A stretch of 64,000 nt of DNA from Tubulanus polymorphus (GCF_964204645.1 NC_134032.1:2502075-2566074), one strand, 5' to 3'. Shown: positions 1 through 13,619, counted from the stretch's first letter. Notes: generated by a model not told the origin, from the letters alone. A program made the numbers and translations.

Positions 1-346
1 GTCTTTTATTGTTTAATTTATTTTTTATTCTTTTAATTGTCTTCTGTTTCTTATCGTTATCATTATCAAAATAATCTTCACCTAAAATATCATTATTCTT
101 ATTTCTAATATGACTTATAGATTTTAAATGTTCTTTATAATATCTTTTATCACTGAATGATTGATTACATGTATCACATTTGTATGTTTCTTTTTCATTC
201 TTTAATTCTTCTAATTTAGTTTCTAATATATCATCCTTATATTCTAGTTTCAATTTATTCTCTAAATGTGTTTTATTGTGTCTTGCTTTTTGGGATTTAT
301 CTATATCGATATTACATGTTGGGCAGTAGTACTTATTTGCTTCCAT
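1..346 (-). CDS. 5' part of a zinc-finger ORF running off the window; probably the N-terminus of a Polinton/Maverick-like gene (possibly pPolB)
   Basis: ATG at 346, open to the window edge: MEANKYYCPTCNIDIDKSQKARHNKTH...YKCDTCNQSFSDKRYYKEHLKSISH (two C2H2/matrin-type fingers). Very AT-rich, intronless, ~80 bp from the hairpin at 429-829. The pPolB link is inference. Confidence 0.55.
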   Translation of the reverse strand, partial: MEANKYYCPTCNIDIDKSQKARHNKTHLENKLKLEYKDDILETKLEELKNEKETYKCDTCNQSFSDKRYYKEHLKSISHIRNKNNDILGEDYFDNDNDKKQKTIKRIKNKLNNKR

Positions 347-428
347 TTTAATACTATATTTTTTATTAAAATTGATTTTAGAAGTTCAATGATTTAAATG
401 TTATTCATATATATATGAATATTTTAAG

Positions 429-829
429 AGTAATAGGGGTAATGGGCTTTCAAGCTAAAGGTTTAATGATCGAGTTCATTAATAACATATATTAAAAGTA
501 ATTAAAAAACTATAATATATTTTCATAACCGCGTGCATTTCAGTTGAATAATAGAATAATTATTATCATTTGAATATATTTGATTATTTGAATTTGTGTA
601 TTGTAATTAAATCAATTGGTCGCGGAGCGGTGGCGAAGCGGAGCGACCAATTGATTTAATACAATATGCTTTTTATATTATTGATATCTTAGAATAAATA
701 TTTAGTTTTGATATAAAATGCACGCGGTTATGAAAATATATTATAGTTTTTTAATTACTTTTAATATTTTGTTTTTTAATGGGCTCGACTGTTCGACCTT
801 TGGCCTGAAAGCCCATTACCCCTATTACT
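429..829. repeat. ~400-bp imperfect palindrome (putative terminus of a Polinton-like element)
   Basis: agtaataggggtaatgggctttca ... tgaaagcccattacccctattact; inner stem attaaatcaattggtcgc/gcgaccaattgatttaat around a GC-rich loop. Confidence 0.9.
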
Positions 830-1005
830 AAGAGGCAATATTTCAGTATATATCTTAGAAAGAATTTGACGATAATGATTTTGAGAAGTTTGCATTTGAA
901 GAGATGAGTGATGACATAAAAGCTGTTGCATAGCGCTGTTTCTCTATTATCCTTTGCTGGTAACTAATCTGAGAAACAATTCAATTTTTTCTTTTCTTTT
1001 TTAGG

Positions 1006-2723
1006 GATGAATCGGATTTGCCGATTAGAGATCAGTCAAAATTTGTTGTCTTACAATCTGCCCTGCTGCTGCTTTTCGCATCGTGCGTCATTTGTAAGGC
1101 ATCAAACAGGGTCTGGCGTCGAATTTTTTGAACTCAAATTACTGTGAGAACGAACTGCACTTCATGCCATCACGCAACTGAATGGAAGAGTGAACCAACA
1201 ACCCGAGGCATTCCAGTGTGTAGCATAATGCTAAGTGCCATGATAATTTCGACTGGTAATCTAACAACCAAAGTGACCCGCCTGTTCAAGTAAGTGTCAC
1301 TTGAAATAGTATTTTTACATTTATTCTAACGGGTATATGGATTCTTTCTAGAAGGCTACTTCATAATATTTTGATAGACTGTTCCCATTAGTCAAACAGC
1401 TGATAGTCTTTATCATGATTTCAGTTTAATGAAAATTCATTGTTCCACAATAAGAACGGTTTACAGACACCAATCCCAGTATATTCACCTTGCAATAAGA
1501 AAATACTTCAATGAAAAGAGAAAGCTGCTATTGGATTCCATCGGAAATAAACCACTACTGCCGGGAAGGGATGGTCGCTGCGATAGCCCAGGTCATTCAG
1601 CGAAGTATTGCTTTTACACAATAATGGACTTGCGGCAAAATAGAATCCTTACATCAGAATTAGTGCAGGTAAATTCAATCTTCAATTTTGCAGGATTTCC
1701 ATTATTTTGATTGTCATACGTAGGTTGATCAATGCAGATGCGTTTTTTTTTTAAATTTGTTTACAGAGTAACAAAACAACGTCGTCAAATGCGATGGAAT
1801 TGGAGGGGCTGAAACGATGTCAGAAGACCTTGGTGAAATTCAGTGTCAGCATTTGTTGCCGATATACACATTATCTGTTAGGAAGTGGACCCGCGAATGT
1901 TGGAATGTTCCTCATTTCTATGACTGTTGGCATTGCGTTAAAGGTAGAGATCGTTCAAAAACACAACATACCATGTATAACTAATGATAATGTCACAATA
2001 TTGATATTTTTGCCCTTTACATGTTTTTTCCTACGTCGAGTCAGAACATAAGATAACATTGTTATGGCAACTTTGGTATTATTCAGCATTTGCAAAGAAA
2101 CTGGAGAAGCTGACAAAACGCAAAGGAAATGAAGACATAAAACAATGGATTCAAAATATTAAAGTTCATCTGTACTTTTGTGCCTTGTCGTCAAAGCCTG
2201 GAGAATTCAGGATAATATTCAGAAGAAATGGCTAGCGTGTGTTGAGCACGTTCAGAATATACACACTAACTGTAGCCACGGACCACTTGAACAAGAGAGA
2301 AAATGGCTTCTTCCTGGTACGCAATTTCATGTTTCTATAATTATACAATATGCAGAAATGCTGTAAGAAAAAATCAAGTGGAGTTGAATCATTTCATAGT
2401 GTTCTCAACCATTTTTGTCCGAAGATGATTCATTTTTCTTACACAGGAATGCTCAGTCGGTGAGTATGTTGCATGTTGGTTCAGGGGGTACAGGGGAAAA
2501 CTTACCTGTAGATACGCTTCCACTTTAAATTGGCGAAATCATATTGTCATGGGTTAACATAAAATGTTATTTTCTAGATTATATGTGGCTATTCTTCATT
2601 AGAACAAAAACAGTTCCCGTGTCCAATCAAAAACAAAAAGTGGTCAAAAGAAGTATGCTGTACACTATCCAAAGCACAAGAATGGGCACATTGTGAGAAC
2701 GTTCATTCAAATATCCAACATCG
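1006..2723 (+). pseudogene. Degenerate spliced DDE transposase, Kolobok-like family
   Basis: Motifs DGRCDSPGHSAKYCFYTIMD, SNAMELEGLKRC, HFYDCWHCVK, KWLACVEHVQNIH and ESFHSVLNHFCPKMIHFSYTGM in GT-AG-bounded pieces with stops/frameshifts. Superfamily assignment is from recollection of the motif. Confidence 0.65.
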
Positions 2724-4164
2724 GTGAAAGCTTGATTATTGTATACATGTACTGTAGGTTTTCATGTTGTATGAATATTTTGCAGTTCAAATGGGCATGA
2801 TGCTGATTCCAATGTACAATAAACACATGAAGTTAAATGGTCAAGGACAGTCAACACCAAGATATCTCTCTTCGACCGATGTTGCACCATACAAGATCCG
2901 ACTCTTACAACTCGAGGAAAGTGATTCAACACGATCGATATAACACTGGAATAGGTTTGCAGTTCATTTCATTTAGTCCTTTATCCTTTTAGCCAATTTG
3001 GATTTTATTGTAATTGAAACTCTGGAACTGTTAACAAGAGACAAGTAAGAAGTTGAAAAAACACAAGTTATGCTTGATTCTGATATTCAAATTAAATTCA
3101 AATTCAAATTTATTTTATTATATCATATTTACAAAACATATCATTGGTTCATACAGTAATAAACATTAGGACAGAACGAATATTATTATAGAATTTACAA
3201 AAAGCAATGAATTTCTATAACTAAACATTTCTGAACATTATTTGTCTAACTGAGATCAAGAGTAACTCTCCCGTTTATTAGGAAACACACGCAACTAGTG
3301 GAATATGTTTGATCTACACACATAAATTGTTTATCGCTATAGAATTTGTAATCCATAAACGCCAAAATCAACATCAGCCGGAAACCCAGACCAAATCAAT
3401 TCATAATTTATTGATTGAATCTACACTACAATATATGTATTTATTCAAATATTTCAATAAAAAGATTAACTTCTAAAATCCATTCCAAATAATAATACGT
3501 TCTTATTTGTAAATTCACTCAATCTATCGACTCAGTAGGTGCCTAAGTTGAGTTCTTAATAGGACAGATCCATTTTAAGCATGGTGATAATACAGTATCA
3601 TGATGTTTGAATGCCAAAATAAATGCCTGGTCAAATAAATTCATATTTCTTGATTGTACGTCCGCGTATGTTCGGTTTCAAAGCTGAATCATATTTGACG
3701 TCTACACAGTGGTTGCATATTAGGTTCGAATCTGTCAATGCATTTAATTCTATGTATCGGTATTTCAATTTACTACAATTCCCATCATTCTGAATGGCTT
3801 TTCAGAAAACCCGTCATCGCTGCTTAGCAGCTATATTTAAACTTTAATTCTGTAATATTATTCACTTGAAAACGAAAACGTGCAGTTTTAATCAAATTAT
3901 TTTCTTTTGATCTAAAATTTTTAATTGTAGATTATTTTTCTAATTCATGTTAATCGATATCTTTGAAATGTAGCATCTGTTCTTTCATTTATTAGTAATT
4001 GTTTAATTAAAATTGATATTTTTTCAACTCGTTAATTACTCGTTACTTTTCATATTGTTTTAATTCTGTCATTTATTTTACATATTTCATTCATCGAAAT
4101 CTATATAAATGATTTTCATACATATGATATTCATTTGTATAATGTTCATTTATATGAAATTATT

Positions 4165-4305
4165 AGAGTAATAAAGTATATGTTGTATAATTCAGAGGTT
4201 GAAAGGTTCAGTGAGTGAAAAATAAGAATAAAAACGAGCGAGAATTTATTCTTATTTTTTATGAGCTCGACCTCCGGTATGAAAAGACATATACCCTATT
4301 ACTCT
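4165..4305. repeat. 141-bp palindrome homologous to 429-829 and 13191-13336
   Basis: agagtaataaagtatatgt ... acatataccctattactct; inner stem aaaaataagaataaa/tttattcttattttt; ends an AT-rich block. Confidence 0.85.
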
Positions 4306-5065
4306 TCTAGTAGGTCGATTGGATTTTTTTCACATTTCGTGTGACAGATCCGTGCGAGCATTTTACAAGTTCCACATTCTTAACTAGAAAAAGATGAGAC
4401 ACACTCGGCTGATTGTTCCATTCTTCCTCAATAACAAACTCAGCATCAATAAGGTCAAGGACACTAATTCATCACTATAGTTGCGATTACACGAAGACGT
4501 GATTTTTTCGATGGAAATATGGAAACTTGGCGCCCCAAACTCATGGATCGTGCTTAAAATTGTCTGTAAATCTTATTTAAGTAGTAAATAAATGTCATGG
4601 TGTATTGGGAAATTTAATCAGACTTGTTCATCCGAATTGCTTTCGAATAAAGAAATTTCTGGAATCGATCTGCGTGCAGACATCCATAGCACGTATCAGT
4701 CGAAATTACTGCGAAAAGCCGATAGTAATCCGACGGGCCTGCGAAATGTATCGGAATATAAGAATAACACAACATGGATTTTATGACCGACATTTTTATT
4801 GGTTATTCAACTCAAATTATCATATGTGCCTAGGCATCTCAATCGTTTCAAGTTTAGTTAAGTTTATAACAATCTTCATATTCGTTTGCTATCGATTTAC
4901 ACAGCGTTTCACAATGATCGGCACCACCATTACAATGTTCGGAATCGGCTTTCTAGAAACAATTTGCCGTCCCTTCAGCAAAAGGACACTGAAGTGTTTC
5001 TCCGTCATTTTCTTTTGCCAAAATACAAAATCGGAAAAAAGTGGCATTAAAGACTTATTAGGAGA

Positions 5066-5645
5066 ATGAATTCATTAAATAGTGTTCTAACAAATTGTGG
5101 AAAAACTTGTTTTATATTAAATTTATTAGAAACTATTTATAAAAACTATTTTGATAATATAGTATTATTTTGTCCAACGTATGAATTTAATCAAACTTAT
5201 GATAGAAATATAACTAGAAATGATAAATTTATTGTGTTAAATCCTAAAACAGTTTAAAAAAATTTAGATAATTGTATAAAAGAAGCAATCGATATTTACA
5301 AAGGATGAAATACATTATTCATTATAGATGATTGTGCAAAATTTACATGATTCAAAACTTAGAGAAAGTGAGTTATGTTATTTAGCTTTCTCTGAGAGAC
5401 ATTTTGGGATAACAACGTGGGTTTTAAATCAAAAATATAATTCAATTGTTAAAGATTTTAGAGAAAACATTAGATTTTTAGTATTATTCTACAATAAAGA
5501 TAGAAAATCGATGAAAAATGCGCTTGAGGAAAATGATTTAGTTCCAAATGATTTACATAATGAATATATGGATACATTGAAAAATAATAAAAGATCAAAA
5601 TTACTATTGCGATTACAACACCCATTTAAATATGAATTTATTTAA
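5066..5645 (+). pseudogene. A32/FtsK-HerA-type viral packaging ATPase (Polinton-like/adintovirus-like), disrupted
   Basis: Walker A remnant TNCGKT, IVLFCPTY, Walker B TLFIIDDC, ELCYLAFSERH, WVLNQKYNSIVKDFRENIR; in-frame stops and a frameshift. Confidence 0.8.
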
Positions 5646-5930
5646 ATTCAACTAGATTGTTAATCTAGCATATTTTAGTCACATTCTAGTTAAATTTTAG
5701 TTACTAGCAGTTGAAACAAAAAAATAAATAAAAACAACAATATTTCAACTAGCCTGTTAATCTAGTGTATGTTTAGTTACATTCAAGTTGAATTCTAGTT
5801 ATTGGTAGTTGAAACAAAATCGAATAAAATTCAACAAGAAATAAATAAAAACAACAATATTTCAACTAGCTTGTTAATCTAGTATATGTTTAGTTACATT
5901 CTAGTTGAAATCTAGTTCAATTCTAGTTGC
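5646..5930. repeat. Three degenerate direct repeats between the ATPase and the next ORF
   Basis: ttcaactag(n)tgttaatctag...ttagttacattc(t/a)agtt recurs at ~5647, ~5744 and ~5861. Confidence 0.7.
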
Positions 5931-5960
5931 AACAACACAACTAATTTGTTTGTTATATAA

Positions 5961-6452
5961 ATGGGAGGTGAAAAGAAAATAAAATCTAAAAATAGTGATG
6001 TTCCAATTGAAAAAACTTTGGATGATTTAGGTATAACAGAAACAAAATTAGCGTCAGATAATAATTGTGCTTTAAATGATATTACTACTAGCAATAATTA
6101 TGAATATTATCTTTATTGCAAACATCAATTAGAAATATTAATAGCATCTGGGAAATGTAAAAGTTTTATTAGCAAAAATTTTACGTATAATGAATTAGAT
6201 ACAATGAAATCAGATGAAATTATTAAATTATTTAAAATATATGAAACTGCGAGAATAGCTAGAATTAATGATGCGATATCAGAAAATTTTGTAAAAGGTT
6301 ATAGTAAATTATGTAATTATATGCTGTCAATTTAAGATGAAAATAGATTATATTCCGATTTAAAAATGATTATTTAGTTATGACCGAATTAAATAAATGG
6401 ATTGGATATTTATCATTTCAATTAGGTGGATTTATGACGCTATTAACAACTG
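5961..6452 (+). pseudogene. Hypothetical protein of the same virus-like gene cluster, disrupted
   Basis: 124-aa ORF continues past a stop/frameshift as DENRLYSDL..DYLVMTELNKWIGYLSFQLGGFMTLLTT; resembles the ORF I recall next to this ATPase type in invertebrate endogenous elements. Confidence 0.5.
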
Positions 6453-8683
6453 TATTCATTTTGATTTGGTGTAGTTGGTATAAGAAATCAAATTAAATAT
6501 ATGATATTAATAATTCTGAAACTACTGCTATTAAAAATGAAAATACTTCTGAAATTCAAAAATTCACAATAAAAAAAATGGATTAATATTTTTGAAAAAA
6601 AGCAAAAAAAAATTTTATTTTAATTAATTGAATATCTCACTACTTCTGTCTATCTACGCGGAGCAAATTTAATTGTCCAGATAAGACATTTCGGATTCTT
6701 GATATTAATTTTTTAATTATTTTTTTTCTTAATTATTTAGTCTACAACTTCTAAATCATGATGCCCGTCTTCATTTTTCCCATGGTAAATTATTTTAAAT
6801 CCTTCTAAATCTTTTAATTCCTCTGCTTTTCTCGCGTTGTACTAACATTACAGTAGCTTAAATTTGCTGTTTCTTTCTCTCCATATTTAGTTTTTATCTT
6901 TTCCAATTTCAATATTTTATGTTCAATTTCCTTTGAAACATCGATTAAATTTTTCATTTAAAATTGTTTTTGTTGGTTTTATTCTGTTATTTATTGTTGC
7001 TAAGAATGCTTTTCTATCTCCCATTTATTACGGGGGAAAATTACTTGTGGTGATGAGTGGTGTCGTACTCTCGCACTCTGGTATGAAACCCCACTTTTAC
7101 AATTACTGTCCCCAATCACTTCTGCGTCACTGAATATCCAGAAATTATACAAGTACAGTGAATTAATGCGACTCCCGTGTTTCACTTACGTCAAAAAGAC
7201 CGGTACAAAAATGTCCGATCCACACGTCCCATAGCTTACGTCGTGACTATCATAACGAACAGCAATAATGGAATTTTTTTCGGATGGAGAATATTTTTGT
7301 GAAAAAATACGGAACGTTGAATGCTAATTTCAGCGGTTGGTTTAGATTGCTTGGATTATATTGCTCGAGCGATGATACTGATATATGCATGTTGTTAACC
7401 ACTTCTAGATGTATATAGTTGTAGTGTTTCTCATGCAAATAAAGTTAGTTCAGTCAATATCTATATATCCAAGACGCGCTCGGTGTCTTTTGTCTGGAAT
7501 CTGGTATTTGCTGTAGGCTGCAATTAACAAAAGTTTACGGTACAAACGACGAGTTTCGATGCTTGGCATTTTGTGAGCTAGTCATTTACGGACGGGTCTT
7601 CAGAGCATTTTGAAGACTTCGTCGCAGGCTATGATGCCGGGCTGTGTAGACGAGAAAGATAAAACCGGAGGGTTTCAGTACAGTAGGGTGGTTGAGCTAG
7701 GGGAACTAAGGAGCTGAGGAAGGAGAACTTAAGGTGGTGGAGCTAGAGCTAAGAGGCTGTAGGTTATGAAATGATTAAATGAAGATTGTACAAAAAGGCT
7801 ATATCAGAATAAATGATGGAACGATAGACCAACGATTGAAGTCATTGTCACTTGAATAGAAGTCGGAATAACTCAGATGGAGGTCAGAACCAGAAAATCA
7901 ACTCAGATACAGTCACCGTGGATATTACTCGACAACACAACACATATGGACAATAACACTGGTTAAACGAACAACTAATATAATACTGATGGAGAACCAT
8001 AACATATCCACTCCTGCATCCAGAAATAAGGCGACTCGTCTAACATCGCCAACGCCACGGAATCATATTAGAGTTCCAGGTTACACTGGACAGGCTGGAG
8101 CTTCAAATACACTTCCATGTGATTTTACCAATGCAGTACTTGTGCTAGGGAAACCTCCTGCATAAATCTGGCAAATATGCAATAAATGGAGTGCTCGGTT
8201 TTACCGGATCTTCCGAGTATTAGTGATATAGAAGGCGAATTCAGAGTTCACTACGAAAAACCGTCATTGTAGTATTATTTATATACTTCCGACGAACCAT
8301 ATACACCTACCCCACCAGCTTAGAAACCACAACCACCTCCAGCAATATCTGAAATCTAGAGGCTTCCATCGAATATTGCAAAAATATAGTAATTTCATAT
8401 TCTAAAATTTGTATATTGACAGTTTATTTTATGATCAATCATTTCGTTATGACACATGTGACACGAACACTTAAGATTCACGACCGATGTGATTATTTTT
8501 CTACGTATCATTCCGGATAACAAATACTAAATTTTTTTTTTTGGTCGCACACGAAATACCGTGATTTATTGAGGAAAATTGTTTTGCCCGAAAAATTAAA
8601 AACCTGACCAAATCTGCAAAAGAATATACAAATTGTTCTTTATTTTGTTGATCCAAACATTGGCCGACTCGTACATTGCTCTT

Positions 8684-9933
8684 TTAGGGGTGTTTTCCTC
8701 GCCTTCTTATTCGAGTTATTTTACAACGAACACCGGTGAATAAATTGATTAATTGTTGTTTGAACGCCCTCAACGTTCCAACATAGATGAAGAAGTTGAC
8801 GCAGAATACAAATTGTCGAGGAAAATAAAAGATTCTTTCCAACCCAAGAAAATACATTTTGCTTATGGCGTAAGACTTATTCAAAAAAGGACGATGCTAT
8901 GATTGGTCCAGATCTGGTAAACTAGGAACTCAATGAAATTTCGCAAAAATTTGAATATTGAACTCGGTAAAACAAGTGCTATGTATACAACAATTACAAC
9001 AAAGAGGGTTTTACTGGCTGCGGATTGATGGCGATCTCTTCTTTTATGCGCAGAGAGAGCAGCACCAGTTCGTTTATTACGTAATACAGCAGTATGTACC
9101 GATACTATAATGATAATTACGGATGGGATTATGTCGTGAAGAAATATTTTTAATGCGCTTAACGATGCCGTATGATATCCGTATATTCTTAATTGATGAC
9201 ACTGTAAACTGCTAATTGACTCACCTTTTATACGGATCGTGTGCAAATAGATTTCTTTATTCTTAACAGCATTATCCAAATTCATAAAAAACGACCACAA
9301 AATCACGACAGCAACGGCGACTTTTCGTCTATTGACTGTGAAATGCTTCATGTGAAAGAAGGGAAAACGAATCGAAACAAATCGTTCTATTGCAATTACA
9401 AGAACTGTGAAGTTTGATATAGATACGGCCTGATAATAAAATTGATAATTCATTAAACATATTGGTATCCACCGTCTTGGTAAATAATCAAAAAAGTAGT
9501 AATAATAGTAGAGTGATGGGCATAATTTGCTGTGTCTAGCTACCGTTAAAAAAGCGTCTGCGCAATCTTTCGGGACCATCCCGACATCGTGAAGGAAACG
9601 CCGCAAGTAGTAAGGGAACATAATGAAACCGAAAAGTACGACAATTTGATCCGAACACGCCATAGTTATAAGATAGGGGAACGTGTAACGAACTGACTGA
9701 CATTTCCTACAATTGAACAGTAAAACAATAGTAAGAACATTGAAGAAACATCCCAGTGGATACAAGAACAAGGTGATCGAATAAGTGTTTAAGTAGCTTA
9801 CACGCTGGATTAACTGACCGAATGAAAAATAAGGACCCTTTCGCCTCACGGTTATCCGTTCGCTATCAATGGTAGTGGTCGAGACCGTCGAATTTGGATT
9901 TACCGCTTCCAAAACACTGACAAAGCTGTTCAT
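8684..9933 (-). pseudogene. Single-exon rhodopsin-like (class A, peptide/chemosensory-type) GPCR with one frameshift at ~8884
   Basis: TM1 GCFFN, TM2 YLITMACSD, TM3 IAIERF, TM6 IALVLPS; TM7 VNFFIY in the shifted frame; shift lies in a T6 run. Confidence 0.85.
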
Positions 9934-10357
9934 ATTCAACTGTACTGCCACGCGTCCTACTTACAATGCCACGAGCGTACAGATATTTCTCTCTGCTTCA
10001 CATTGTGAAACCGATCTCTGAAATTAGATGTTTTGTAAGCGTCAAGCAATACACGGTGCCTCTAGCGTTTCATTCTCTTTCGGTTGGAGACAACGAGTAA
10101 CGTTTGATACATTCTGAATACATTCTGAATATATAAGTAGTTCACATACGTTACGTGTTACGTATGAAAATCTTACAGAAGCAAACAAATAGTGATCAGC
10201 AAATAAATTTCTCAATTCTTTGCCCAGCATCTCCATTCTTGTATTTTGTTGCGGAAGTCTTTTTGTGGATGATTTTAGATTGGCAACCCGGCATACAAGG
10301 GTGCTAATCGAGGATTTTGGTTAAGGATCGAAGGCTGTACATGTACGTGTACAGTTG

Positions 10358-11042
10358 TGTTTGGGGAGAATGTTTTAACCGTTACAACAGTTTTATCAAA
10401 ACCAAATGGCTACAGTCCGCGTGGACCTGGTTGCTACCGAGATCGCGTGTTAACTACGCAATCTACGCCGTGCGTAATGTGAACCCGCTAAATATAAGCG
10501 TTTACACGTGTATATAATTCTTTTTTAAGGAGTTTAAGACTGCGTATTTTCTCGTTCGTTTATTTTGTGCTTTATATAGTAGCATTTTGACAGTTCTGTA
10601 AAGTTTTGTAACATTTTTAACAGATTGTTATCTCAATTAGTTTCTAGCCAATTTTGTATAAAAGCGTAGAAAATTCTCAAAAAAATCTGTAAAATCAGTT
10701 CATCTTTGTACACCTTATGGTGCACGTCTCTCTGTCGAATAAATTGCTCTCGTCTATACTCTGAAGAAAGTCTCTTGCAGTCAGTCATTTCATGACCAAG
10801 GGACAGGACGACGACTGCCTCGCTTTTGCTGCTTCAACCAGGGAAGACGGTTGACTCTGCCCCGACTCGCTAATTCGCCTCTGCCTGGTAACCCGCCTGG
10901 CTTTGCTTCTACCTGCGCGACCACCTTGGTTTCTGCTTCTACCTTGGCGACCCTCCTCGCTCAATCGCTTCCTACCTCTCCATCGACTGTCAGTGGAGTG
11001 AGCCCGAAACCCCGTGGTGTTGGACCGAGATCTCTCCCAACA
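10358..11042 (+). mobile_element. Possible solo LTR
   Basis: TG...CA ends with short IR (tgtttggggaga / tctcccaaca), AATAAA at 10738; no TSD or PBS seen. Confidence 0.35.
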
Positions 11043-11229
11043 TAGAGGTATTTGCGTAAAGCGGCAGTTGAAGATTTTTAAAGAATTACGGAGCTGTAAT
11101 TTCGTAAGAGAGCATCGGCGCTGTCGGTGACAATCGAATGTGTCAAAATTAATTACTCACCATACTGTATGTATTGTAATATGGTTTATATTGTATGTAT
11201 TGTCATACAGGTTACGAAAAATAAATATC

Positions 11230-11400
11230 AAAATAATTATTATCCGAGGGATTGGGGCTTTAGGAGCAATTCGAAGTTTGGGGAGGAATTCGAGAGATGG
11301 GGGATGGTCGTTAGGGTTTGTAAAATTGCTCGGAGATAGGAGTCGTTTTGAGCAGTTAAGTTGCAGGTAGTGATCATTGATTTGGACAAAAAGGTTTTCG
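11230..11400 (-). mobile_element. Possible CR1/L2 LINE RT remnant
   Basis: INDHYLQLNCSK followed, frame-shifted, by KPQSLG, echoing the LQLNxxK...LGV motifs. Confidence 0.3.
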
Positions 11401-11899
11401 GAAAATCAAAGATTAAGGGAGAGTTAGTTAATTTGAAGAAGTCCGACAATTCGAATTGGTACGAAAAAATCAATCATAACTAAACCACAACGTTGCGGCG
11501 GTTGACCAACAGCCATCATCGGGTGGAATGACCAGAAAACAAGTAACTTAGCATGTAAACTTTCATGACACAAAAAAGCGATGAGTCAGAATAAATGTAA
11601 ACAGTGACAAATGAAAACAACCATCATCATACCATAGAAACCACAAAATTCTATGAACAGCCCACGTCAGGATGAATACAATTAATGTGACTAAGTGGAG
11701 TATAAGTGGATGGGGATAGCAGTGGGCACATACATTAGTGACATTGACCAAAATCTAATAGAGAGTTCCTAGATAATGGATTATGTGGAGAAAAACCGGT
11801 ATTTAGATTGGTAGATAAGTTGGATTTCGAAGATCTGCCTGAGAAATAACAGATCCACCTAAATTCTATCAACAAACCGAGTACAAAAAGTGATTTCAA

Positions 11900-13336
11900 T
11901 ATATAATTATCACACTTTTCATAGTTTTTATGTTTGATAATGCTTTGATATATGTGATTTTAAATGTTTAACGAAATACCTCCACAATATCAATACATTT
12001 ATGTTAGCATTGAATTCATTCAATTCATTATCTAAATCACAATGAATGCCATTTTCTTTAATTTCATTATTGATAATTTGTTCATTATAAAGAATATAAT
12101 AGTTTAATTGTTGTTTTTCCATTCATTACATTTTGAAAGTATTATATCACGTTTTCTTTCATTTAAAGGAATTTTAAGAATACTTTTCATTTTTTATCTA
12201 AATTACCATTGTAATTTAATCTAGCACTGTGTTAAATATTCTAGGATTTTAAAAACCCTTTTCTTTTAAGTATCTATAAGTTCAATAATTAAATATGTTC
12301 ATTTCATAGTATTTGATTAATTACAGTGATATTTTCAATTTTATATTCTCTTCCATACCCTGATTATTTGCTGGAATATGATTCTTTTAATGTTACATGG
12401 TGAAATTAAGTTATTAGCTTCATTTATTTCAATTTTGAATTCGGTTTTTTCTTTCATTTATATGGTAAAATTTTTATTAAAATGAATTTTCTAGATTACT
12501 TATGTTACAAAATTTAAATTATTTTACTCACACTTTACTAAAACTTTTTATATTGAACACTATTTATGATATCTAGGGATGAGAGGGAAGACTAAGAATT
12601 CTTAAAGAATTCTTTAAGAATTTTCTAAGATAATAATTCTTTAAGAATTCATGGATGACAGAATTAAACGTAAATTATATCATAACTTTTCATTTTTTCA
12701 AATCAATTATTATTATATATTTCATTCAATATTTATAATTTTATATGTTTTACTCATCATTTTTTTTCTTACTATTTTTTAAATAAAAAGAATTTAAAAA
12801 TCTTATCTTTTTCAACTCGTTTATTACTCATTACCTTTTTTTCAATTATGTGCCTATTTTCCTATGTTTTCAGTAAAAATCTAAGTAATTTTACTCACAT
12901 TTTTCTCACACTTTTAATACTTCAAATAGTAATATTTTTATTAATACTTTTTTATTAAAACGTTTGATTATTTTACACACATTTAACTCACACTTTTAAT
13001 ACTTCAAAACATTAATATTCTATCAACACTTTTTTATTAAAACGTTTTATTATTTTACTTTTTACTCACACTTCACGCACACTTTTGATTTTCCAAGATT
13101 TTTTTATTTTATTTACAATTTCATTTATTTCATTTATCAAAAAGTTTGATTACTTTACTATTTGTCTATTTTTTTACACATAAATATTAGAGTAAGAATA
13201 TGATAACGTTTTCTGATTGAAGGTCGAAAGTTTGAGTGAATCAAATAAATATAAATTCGAGCCGGCGAGAATTAATTTCTATTTCATGATCTCGACGTTT
13301 CGACTTTTGATCTGAAAACATAATTATACACTTACT
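11900..13336 (-). mobile_element. AT-rich Polinton-like remnant ending in a 146-bp hairpin (13191-13336)
   Basis: Shares ttttcaactcgtt(a/t)attactc with 4021-4041 and tattagagtaa with 4161; hairpin arms gttttctgattgaaggtcgaaa / tttcgacttttgatctgaaaac; tandem duplication at ~12890-13085. Confidence 0.6.
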
Positions 13337-13619
13337 TACCCGTTGCAGCTGCCAAATAAAATTCACTCATTCATTGATAAATCTTCGATATCTTCAATTG
13401 ATAATCCATTAGATTTGTCTAGTAAAATATTCCCTTGTTAAGAATTCGTTAACGAATATCAAGTTACGCAAGTTATTGTACAATTTGAATAAAATAAGTA
13501 AAACGAATAGTGTAATGAGATGTCAATATCGAGAATAAGTGTATACGGTAATCTATTTGTCGGTGAATCATCACCCGTTGTATTCATTTAATACGTTGTC
13601 GATTATTTTCTCCTTACAG

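Noticed and set aside
4592-5069. 154-aa and 64-aa plus-strand ORFs
   Set aside because: No recognisable domain; the minus strand has only a weak, stop-ridden resemblance to a transposase N-terminus.
7860-8340. Possible viral capsid remnant
   Set aside because: Coding-like composition but no motif I can support.
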